Source: Acidimicrobiia bacterium
GTDB lineage: Bacteria > Actinomycetota > Acidimicrobiia > Spongiisociales > ZC4RG35
Length of the DNA stretch: 64,000 nucleotides
Assembly (NCBI GenBank): GCA_965215185.1
Contig: OZ244034.1
Location: 608,001-672,000, forward strand
Direction of reading: 5' to 3'
Below are positions 11,717 through 18,811 of the stretch, one piece after another. The notes beneath the pieces were generated by a model. The model ran no database searches. It worked only from the letters and a program-made list of their open reading frames with translations, and was not told the DNA's origin. The first letter of the stretch is position 1; each line of letters begins with the position of its first letter. A program made the position numbers and the translations under genes.

Positions 11717-12685
11717 TTAGTCGCCGAACTCGGGCAGCAGCCAATCGGCTAGCCATTCCAGTTGTTGCATGTATTGGCCGAAGCGCAGCCGCACATCGAG
11801 GATCACCAGTTCCAGACCCAGATTGGCGAAGGTCTCTATGGATCGCAAACAGTCGGAGCGATTTCCCACCACCAACAGGCCCTCCAGATCGTCAACGGTG
11901 TTGAATCCTCCCGAAGCGGGAGTCACCCAATGTCGGGCCCCGGCCGAACTGACTCCCAGGGCGTTGACGTCGATGGAGTCACGGGCCCGTTGGCGATCCG
12001 GGTCGGCTATAACCAGTGGAATGGTGCCTAGGAGGATGTTCTTTCCGTGTTCTTGGGACAGTCGGTTCAGATAGATGAGTCGATCCTTGAGGGTGTCGAT
12101 GGGAATCCGGCCCGGTATCCACCCGTCCATCAGGGTCACCGCTCGCCGCGCCGCTGCCCTGGTGCTTCCCCCATAAAGAAAAGGAATGGGAGCGGCCGGT
12201 TTGGGTCTCAACGTGAAATTCTCCACCTCGAAGACTTCCCCCTGAAACGACACGTTGTCCTCTGTCCACACACGGTGACAGATTGCCACGGTGTCTTGGA
12301 GGATGGGGATGCGGCGGTCTTTGTCGAGTCCCGCTGCCGCAAATTCCGCCTCGTTGCTTCCCAAGCCCATGCCAATCATCACCCGACCCTCTGAGAGGTA
12401 GCTGAGAGTGGCCAGGTTCTGGGCGAGTTTCAAAGGCCAGCGCAGGGGGATCAACACTGCGGTACCCAACATCATCCGGGTGGTGACCGAGGAAAGGGCG
12501 GCCAGGGTCAGAAGCGGCTCCAGGAAGGTGCGGTCGTTTCCTTCCATTCCGTGAGGCTCCCACACCAGGTGGTCTCGCACCCACAAAGAGTCGAAACCCA
12601 TTTCCTCGATGATTGGGGCGTTGTTGACCAGGGTCTCGCGGGACGCCCATTGTCCGAAATGGGGGACGAGCACACCGAACTTCAT
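11717..12685 (-). CDS. LLM-class (luciferase-like) flavin/F420-dependent oxidoreductase
   Basis: MKFGVLVP, GFDSLWVRDH, EPLLTLAAL, LGTAVLIP, GRVMIGMGLG, PKP..PIP..YGG. Confidence 0.9.
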   Translation of the reverse strand: MKFGVLVPHFGQWASRETLVNNAPIIEEMGFDSLWVRDHLVWEPHGMEGNDRTFLEPLLTLAALSSVTTRMMLGTAVLIPLRWPLKLAQNLATLSYLSEGRVMIGMGLGSNEAEFAAAGLDKDRRIPILQDTVAICHRVWTEDNVSFQGEVFEVENFTLRPKPAAPIPFLYGGSTRAAARRAVTLMDGWIPGRIPIDTLKDRLIYLNRLSQEHGKNILLGTIPLVIADPDRQRARDSIDVNALGVSSAGARHWVTPASGGFNTVDDLEGLLVVGNRSDCLRSIETFANLGLELVILDVRLRFGQYMQQLEWLADWLLPEFGD

Positions 12686-12740
12686 CAGCGGTCCTCTCTG
12701 TACGCGGTCTTCGGTATCGACGGCAGGCCGGAGCCTGCGG

Positions 12741-14177
12741 TCAGGAGCGGGGACGCAGGTAGAGGCCGGCGTTCTTGGCGCTGGCCATGTCCGGGTCGGG
12801 CTCCTGGGGCACGCCAGCTATGTAGCGCCCAAAACCGGGTTCTGCTGTGATCTTCCCATCTTTGAAGATGACTTTTCCCCGCAGCATGGTGAGCACCGGC
12901 TTTCCCATCAGATTCCAGCCGTGATAGGGAGTCCAGTTGCTCTTGCATTCCATTTCTCCGTCTTGGGGCACGAAAACCTGATTGGGATCGACGATCACCA
13001 GGTCGGCGGACGATCCCGGCAGGAGAGCGCCTTTCTCCGGATAGAGTCCCAGCACCCTGGCGGGCGCTTCGGTCAGAGTATGCACCAACCGTCCCAGCTG
13101 GAGGTTTCCGTTGTGGACGTCGGTAAGCAACAGAGAGAGCAGGTGCTCGTAGTGAGGCGCCCCGAACGGCCCGATCAGCGGGCTTTCTTCCATTAGCGTC
13201 AACTCTTCCAGAAGGTGAGGAGCGTGGTCGGAGTCGATGATGTCTATCAAGCCGCTGTCGAGGCCCTCCCAGATGGCGGCCATCCGGTCGGGATTGGAGG
13301 TGACCGCTCCGCCCGGGATGGCCCGGGCACCCTGGCTGCGGATGTCCTCGTCCCGTAGGTGGAAGTACTTGGGATCCGACGCCACCGTTACTGGCAGCCC
13401 GTCCGCCTTGGCCTGGGCCAGCAGCCTAAGGCTCCCGGGGGCATGAGTGTGGACCACCTGCATGCGCATGCCGGTCTCTCTTTGTACCTCCAAGAGGATG
13501 GCTACGGCCAGTCGCCACACGATGTCGCGGGTGTAGACATCGCTGAAGGTGAAAATGTCTCCGGGTCGCCCTTTGGCGACTTCCTGGTGGTAGAGACTTT
13601 CGAAAAGGGTCTGGGCGAAGGGGTGCACTACGCAAGGGAGGCCGGTCTCCGCAATGGCGTTGAAGGTGTCCAGCAGCCGGGCGGGGTCGGCGATGGCGAG
13701 CCGGGGATCGTGGGGGTATCCGCCCGTTACCTGGAAAAATTTGTAACCTGTCGCTCCCGCCTTGGCCAGCTTGGGGATTTCATCCAGTTGGGTGGGACCC
13801 ACGAAATGGCCCCAGTCGATTATGCACAACTGGTCGGCGATCGCCTTCTTTTCTTCGAATTGTTCGACGGTCACGGTGGGGGGTTCCACATTGGGCATAT
13901 CCACAAAGGTGGTGTACCCCCCGGCGGCGGCAGCCCGGGAGGCGGTCAAGAAGTCCTCTTTCTGCTCGTATCCGGGTGAACGGGTGTGGGCATGTAGATC
14001 GATAAGACCGGGGAGAACCCAACGACCTTGAGCGTCAATCTCCTGATCGGCGGAGATGGGGCTGGACGGATCCAGCAGGGCCGTGACCTTTTCTCCTGAG
14101 ATCAGCAGATCGCTCTTCAAACCCCCGGTGGGAGTTTGGATGGTCCCCCCCCGAACGCGCGTAGTCCTATCGTTCAT
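12741..14177 (-). CDS. Cyclic amidohydrolase (dihydroorotase/allantoinase family)
   Basis: LPGLIDLHAH, AAAAGGYTTFVDMPN, GYKFF (carboxylatable Lys), SDHAPH, KGALLPGSSADLVI; ATG 14177 with GGAAGGA SD (the ORF-track extension is antisense tRNA). Confidence 0.9.
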   Translation of the reverse strand: MNDRTTRVRGGTIQTPTGGLKSDLLISGEKVTALLDPSSPISADQEIDAQGRWVLPGLIDLHAHTRSPGYEQKEDFLTASRAAAAGGYTTFVDMPNVEPPTVTVEQFEEKKAIADQLCIIDWGHFVGPTQLDEIPKLAKAGATGYKFFQVTGGYPHDPRLAIADPARLLDTFNAIAETGLPCVVHPFAQTLFESLYHQEVAKGRPGDIFTFSDVYTRDIVWRLAVAILLEVQRETGMRMQVVHTHAPGSLRLLAQAKADGLPVTVASDPKYFHLRDEDIRSQGARAIPGGAVTSNPDRMAAIWEGLDSGLIDIIDSDHAPHLLEELTLMEESPLIGPFGAPHYEHLLSLLLTDVHNGNLQLGRLVHTLTEAPARVLGLYPEKGALLPGSSADLVIVDPNQVFVPQDGEMECKSNWTPYHGWNLMGKPVLTMLRGKVIFKDGKITAEPGFGRYIAGVPQEPDPDMASAKNAGLYLRPRS

Positions 14178-14240
14178 CTGGTCTATCCGTCCTTCCGTGT
14201 TTAGATGTCCTGGGTTCAGGATAATCGGCCCAATCGGTCT

Positions 14241-14246
14241 TACAAT
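14241..14246 (+). promoter_or_regulatory. Candidate -10 element (TACAAT) for tRNA-Leu
   Basis: TACAAT ends 14 nt upstream of the tRNA 5' end; no clear -35. Confidence 0.45.
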
Positions 14247-14260
14247 CTTCAAGGTATCAG

Positions 14261-14344
14261 GCCCGGGTGGCGGAATCGGCAGACGCGCTGGACTTAAAAT
14301 CCAGTGTCCTTCGTGACGTGTGGGTTCAAATCCCACCCCGGGCA
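14261..14344 (+). tRNA. tRNA-Leu(TAA)
   Basis: Acceptor GCCCGGG/CCCGGGC-A, D-arm GGCGGAATCGGCAGACGC, anticodon arm CTGGA-CTTAAAA-TCCAG, long variable arm, T-loop GGTTCAAATCC; CCA not encoded. Confidence 0.96.
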
Positions 14345-14543
14345 CCTGAATAAGGCATAATTATGCTAGGTCAGAGCCTAATTGGAAATCGCTAGTACTA
14401 CTTATGGTACGAAAACGGAACGTGAGGGCCTTTGGCGGTGGGCGGTTGGGAGGTTACATCGGTCAAGCCGCCCGGTTCGTTAAACTTTGGTGTTACATAG
14501 TGGATAGCCCGACGGCTGAAGATTCTTGGTCGTTTTGATAAAG

Positions 14544-14647
14544 CCAGAGGGCAGGACACTCTGAAAATATCAGGCCTTGAAGGCCCCCGTGGAGCACCAC
14601 CTCCGGCGGGGGCCTTCAAGTATCCGGGCAGAGTGTTCCCACCCTGG
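14544..14647. other. Long imperfect inverted repeat, possible structured RNA
   Basis: Perfect 14-bp stem CTTGAAGGCCCCCG/CGGGGGCCTTCAAG (14576-14620) nested in GGACACTCTG/CAGAGTGTTC and CCAG/CTGG. Confidence 0.55.
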
Positions 14648-14838
14648 GCACGGACAACCTGATCGAGAATTCGCCCAAACTGGGGTCTTCGCGTGTCCCC
14701 ACCAGTCGGTTCGGGCATGGGCGGGTTACCGCCATTCCGTTCTTTATCAATCTAGCCTTCGCGGTACGGAGGTTCCTCAACCGATATTCCCCACGCTGAC
14801 ACCCCTTGATCCTCCGGATGGCGGCGCAGAACCTGTTT

Positions 14839-16743
14839 ATGCATAGAGATACACATTCGGGGAACCGCTGGACAAGGCGAGTCGTGGCTGTGATTGCGAT
14901 TCTGATCATCGGGTTCCTGTGGTTCGCATTGACCAATGATGGTGGAGATCCACCAGAAGACTCGTTCGTCGAAACTAACGGAACTCTTGATTCTACCCCA
15001 GACCCTTCCTCCGGCGGTCAATCACCTGAATTCCCTGCTGAGTCACCGCCCACATTCACCCCTACCCCATCCGGCGCCACCACAACCACCGCCGCCGCAA
15101 CCACAACCACTCCAACTACAACCACGGCTATTTCCTCGCCTGACACCATCACCACCCATCCGCCCAGGGTGTGCGATGTCAACCCTCCCTCCACCGAAAC
15201 AGAGGGGTCGGCCTCGCCCAGGATCGTGCAGCTGACTGGCGAGCATTCGGCTGCCCTTGCCATAGCCATTTCACGTAATCTCTACACCTGCGCCAACGAC
15301 GTGATAGTCACTCACCCCACTGACTTATATTCTGCAACCATCGCCGCCCAGTTGGCCGTCCTTCATACCTCTCCCATGCTCTATTATCTTCGCGGCGCGT
15401 CTTCGGAGGAGACGTTGGCCGAAGAACTGGAGCGGCTGGCGCCGAGAAGGGTGTGGCTCATGGAAGGAATGCCTGCCTCTTTGGTCCCGCCGGGTGCGCA
15501 GATCATACGAATGCCTTCCCGACCCGAGGATCTGACCGAGTGGATACAGCTGCATGATCCCACGGTGGAACTCGGATATTTCCCTACGCTCGGCCACCGT
15601 TCCCTCCACTCGCTGGTGATGATCGCGGGAGGGTTGAAAATGGTTCTCGCTCCCTTTACCTGGCCTCTGCTAGAGCCTTCCGAGGAGATGGTCATGGGTA
15701 GTGCTGACCGGCCGTTGCGTTCCCCCCGCTTGTGGGTGGTCGACCCCAACCGACCGGCAGCCGGATTGGCCGTGGCTGCAGCCGCCTTTACGCTGGGGGA
15801 AGCCGCCATCTACTGGAATCCGGACCAGCAGGGCGGATGGATCGAGGTGGGCAAAGTCCTTGAAGCGCAGGCGGCGGACGTGGCGGAGATCTGGGTGGCG
15901 GGACCGGTATCGGACTCGGGGCGGTGGCTGCTGGAGTCCACGGTTTCCGGTCCGGAATTGCCCGGTGGAGGCAGAACCATGTTTCCCGATCGACGACTGG
16001 TGGCTTTCTACGGCGCTACCTCCACCAGTCGTCTGGGAGTTTTGGGCGAACAAGGGCCGCAAGAGACCCTGGAACGTCTGCAGCCCTACCTCGGGGAGTA
16101 CACGGCCGATGGGACAATGACCATCCCGACTTTTGAGATAATCGCTACCTTGGCCACCGGTGCCGCTGGAGAGGACGGTAACTACTCAGGAGAATTCTCC
16201 ATCGAGACTTTGATGCCCTGGGTGGATTTCGCTGGGGAAAACGGCGTCTATGTGGTATTGGACTTGCAGCCGGGCCGAACCGATTTCTTGACCCAGGCCA
16301 AGCAGTACGAGGAACTTCTCAAACTTCCCCATGTGGGACTGGCCCTCGATCCGGAGTGGAGGCTGGAAGCCAACGAGGTGCATCTGGTGCAGATAGGGTC
16401 GGTGGACGCCCTGGAGGTCAACGCCGTTATTGAGTGGCTGGCAGCGCTGGTCAGAGAAGAGAGGCTGCCTCAGAAACTGCTGATGGTTCACCAGTTCAGG
16501 TTCTCCATGTTTCCCAACCGAGAGCTTTTAACCACTCCTCCCGAGTTGGCAGTGGTCATCCACATGGATGGTCAGGGTTCTCTGGGATCCAAATACAACA
16601 CCTGGGAAGCATTGGTGGCGGGTACCGAGGATCGAGGGTGGTTTTGGGGATGGAAGAACTTCTTCGATGAGGACTTTCCGCTCGCCACCCCCCAACAAGT
16701 CCTCGATCTGACGCCAGTGCCTTTTTTTGTCAGCTACCAATAG
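14839..16743 (+). CDS. Membrane-anchored cell-surface protein with degenerate cell-wall-binding-2-like region and conserved actinobacterial C-terminal barrel-like domain
   Basis: N-terminal TM, Pro/Thr linker, AALAIAIS..DVIVT..AAQLA...SPML, C-terminal VAFYG..LGVLGE, LDLQPGR, LALDPEW, HQF, HMDGQG, GWKNFFDED. Confidence 0.7.
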   Translation: MHRDTHSGNRWTRRVVAVIAILIIGFLWFALTNDGGDPPEDSFVETNGTLDSTPDPSSGGQSPEFPAESPPTFTPTPSGATTTTAAATTTTPTTTTAISSPDTITTHPPRVCDVNPPSTETEGSASPRIVQLTGEHSAALAIAISRNLYTCANDVIVTHPTDLYSATIAAQLAVLHTSPMLYYLRGASSEETLAEELERLAPRRVWLMEGMPASLVPPGAQIIRMPSRPEDLTEWIQLHDPTVELGYFPTLGHRSLHSLVMIAGGLKMVLAPFTWPLLEPSEEMVMGSADRPLRSPRLWVVDPNRPAAGLAVAAAAFTLGEAAIYWNPDQQGGWIEVGKVLEAQAADVAEIWVAGPVSDSGRWLLESTVSGPELPGGGRTMFPDRRLVAFYGATSTSRLGVLGEQGPQETLERLQPYLGEYTADGTMTIPTFEIIATLATGAAGEDGNYSGEFSIETLMPWVDFAGENGVYVVLDLQPGRTDFLTQAKQYEELLKLPHVGLALDPEWRLEANEVHLVQIGSVDALEVNAVIEWLAALVREERLPQKLLMVHQFRFSMFPNRELLTTPPELAVVIHMDGQGSLGSKYNTWEALVAGTEDRGWFWGWKNFFDEDFPLATPQQVLDLTPVPFFVSYQ

Positions 16744-16762
16744 GTCTCTTTGGTGGCCCTAT

Positions 16763-17335
16763 TCAGCGCTGATGATGCTGCATGGCCAAGGTCCAAGACA
16801 CCAGCGCCTGGAGCAACCTTTCCACCTGCTCGAGAACCCGAGGGTCCAATAGCTGCAGGTTGTCATCGAACTTGTTCCAGATTTGTCGCACTTTCACCGG
16901 GGGCGCCGGCAGTTCGAACACCCCGGTGTTGCGCAGCACATCCCGCACGTGAGACTGGGCCCGATGGCTGCCAAACCCTCCGCCGCCACCCATCAGGGCG
17001 GCAGTCATGCCCCCAAGGGGCGAATCTGGACCCCGCGATGCCCAGTCGATGGCGTTCTTCAGCACCGCCGGCACCGAGGAGTTGTACTCAGGGGTCGAAA
17101 TCAGCATCGCATCGGCCGCGCGCAGTTTGGCCCGGAATTCGGCAACCGAAGTCGGCATCCCCGCGTCTTCCACGTCACCGTTGTAGAAGGGAAGATCGTC
17201 TAAGCGCACCAACTGCAGTTCGGCGCCCTCGGGAATCACTTTCCAGGCCAACCGCAGCAAAGCGCTGTTGTATGAACCTCGGCGAAGACTTCCCGACATT
17301 CCTACGATCTTGATCCGCTCACCCATGGCGCTCAT
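16763..17335 (-). CDS. NADPH-dependent FMN reductase (ChrR/SsuE-like flavodoxin fold)
   Basis: GSLRRGSYN, TPEYNSSVPAVLKNAIDWASR. Confidence 0.92.
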   Translation of the reverse strand: MSAMGERIKIVGMSGSLRRGSYNSALLRLAWKVIPEGAELQLVRLDDLPFYNGDVEDAGMPTSVAEFRAKLRAADAMLISTPEYNSSVPAVLKNAIDWASRGPDSPLGGMTAALMGGGGGFGSHRAQSHVRDVLRNTGVFELPAPPVKVRQIWNKFDDNLQLLDPRVLEQVERLLQALVSWTLAMQHHQR

Positions 17336-17431
17336 GATATCTGTAAGGCGATGTGCCCCAACAACGTTGAATAGGCGGTGTTGCGATCCCCGTAACCTAA
17401 GGCAGATGGCCGGAACCACCGGGAGATACAG

Positions 17432-18403
17432 TTGATCGTTTTGGATGGTCCGCCCCTCCGATGGCGCCTGCCATCCTCATTGAAGGGTCTGGCTGTTTCA
17501 ATCGGGGTATTCGACGGTGTCCATCGTGGGCACCAGAGTCTGCTCTCCAAGCTGGTGCGGGAAGCCGACACCCTAGGACTCACCCCGGCGGTGGCCACCT
17601 TCGATCCGCACCCCTTGGAGGTCATGGCGCCCCGAAAGGCACCCAAAATGCTCACCTCGATCACCCACCGTCTCGAGATTCTGAAGGAGATGGGGATCGA
17701 AGTGGTGGGGGTGATGCCGTTTTGCGACATTCGGGAGATGGAGGCCAACGACTTCATAACCGAAGTGCTTTTAAAAGGACTGCGGGCCAAGCTGGTGTTG
17801 GTAGGAGAGAATTTCCAGTTCGGAAAGGGCAGGAACGGATCGCCCCAGACCCTGCACGGGGCCGGATCGGAACACGGATTCTCGGTGGGAGTAGTGGGGC
17901 TGTTGAGGAAAGGGGCCTCCCCCGATTCCAACCATTTTCCGATCACCTCCTCCCGGATCCGTCGATGCGTGGCCGAGGGGCGCACCGCCGAGGCGGCCGG
18001 GTTGCTCGGCCGGCCGTTTGAGTTGCGAGGAGAGGTGATTGAAGGTGACCGGCGAGGCAGGAAGTTGGGCATCCCCACCGCCAATCTCGACATCCCCGTT
18101 CGCATGTCTGTACCGGTCAACGGAATTTATGCCGCTTGGGCCGCGATCGACGGAGAAGTGCACCCGGCGGCCCTCAACATCGGGGTTCGTCCAACTTTTG
18201 GAGAGGGCAAGCTTATCACCGAGGCCCATCTGCTCGATTTCTCCCGCGATCTCTACGGGATGCAGATGAAACTGCGTTTCGTCGGCGACCGGATCCGACC
18301 CGAGCATTCGTACTCTTCGGTAAGTGAACTGATGGCGCAGGTGGATCTCGATATCACGGAGGTGCGCAGGCGGCTGGAGGCGTCGCCGCACGGGTTGGAA
18401 TAG
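17432..18403 (+). CDS. ribF: Bifunctional riboflavin kinase/FAD synthetase
   Basis: IGVFDGVHRGHQ, TFDPHP, GENFQFG, SSRIR, GIPTAN, NIGVRPTF, EAHLLDF. Confidence 0.96.
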   Translation: MIVLDGPPLRWRLPSSLKGLAVSIGVFDGVHRGHQSLLSKLVREADTLGLTPAVATFDPHPLEVMAPRKAPKMLTSITHRLEILKEMGIEVVGVMPFCDIREMEANDFITEVLLKGLRAKLVLVGENFQFGKGRNGSPQTLHGAGSEHGFSVGVVGLLRKGASPDSNHFPITSSRIRRCVAEGRTAEAAGLLGRPFELRGEVIEGDRRGRKLGIPTANLDIPVRMSVPVNGIYAAWAAIDGEVHPAALNIGVRPTFGEGKLITEAHLLDFSRDLYGMQMKLRFVGDRIRPEHSYSSVSELMAQVDLDITEVRRRLEASPHGLE

Positions 18404-18420
18404 GATTGTCGCCGGTCCAC

Positions 18421-18472
18421 TGTTACAATGTTTCGCGAGGTAATCGGGCCGGTACTAAGTGGTGCCTGGCCC
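18421..18472 (+). promoter_or_regulatory. Extended -10 (TGT-TACAAT) and leader hairpin upstream of rpsO
   Basis: TACAAT at 18424-18429 preceded by TG; hairpin GGGCCGGTAC...GTGCCTGGCCC at 18446-18472. Confidence 0.5.
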
Positions 18473-18497
18473 CTGTATTTCTTACGAAGGGGAATCC

Positions 18498-18755
18498 TTG
18501 AGGACTACATCTGAATTGGTATCTGATCACGGCGCGCACGACACCGACACCGGTTCACCGGAGGTGCAAGTGGCCGTATTAACCGAGCGGATCAAACATC
18601 TGACCGAGCATCTGAAGATTCACAAACACGACAACCACAGTCGTTATGGCTTGTTGAAGATGGTCGGAAAACGTCGTCGTCTGCTCAAGTACCTAAGCAG
18701 CCAGGACGTTGACCGGTATCGCCGGCTTATCGCTTCCCTAGGACTTCGTAGATAA
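18498..18755 (+). CDS. rpsO: 30S ribosomal protein S15
   Basis: [38 protein letters not shown]; TTG start after GAAGGGG SD. Confidence 0.97.
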   Translation: MRTTSELVSDHGAHDTDTGSPEVQVAVLTERIKHLTEHLKIHKHDNHSRYGLLKMVGKRRRLLKYLSSQDVDRYRRLIASLGLRR

Positions 18756-18811
18756 ACGCCCTGCGTACACCGTTACGCACGGGAAACCATTAGACGCATT
18801 GAGGAGCAATC

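Noticed and set aside
14178-14345. N-terminal extension MPGVGFEPTR... of the amidohydrolase ORF
   Set aside because: It is the antisense translation of tRNA-Leu; the real start is ATG 14177 with an SD
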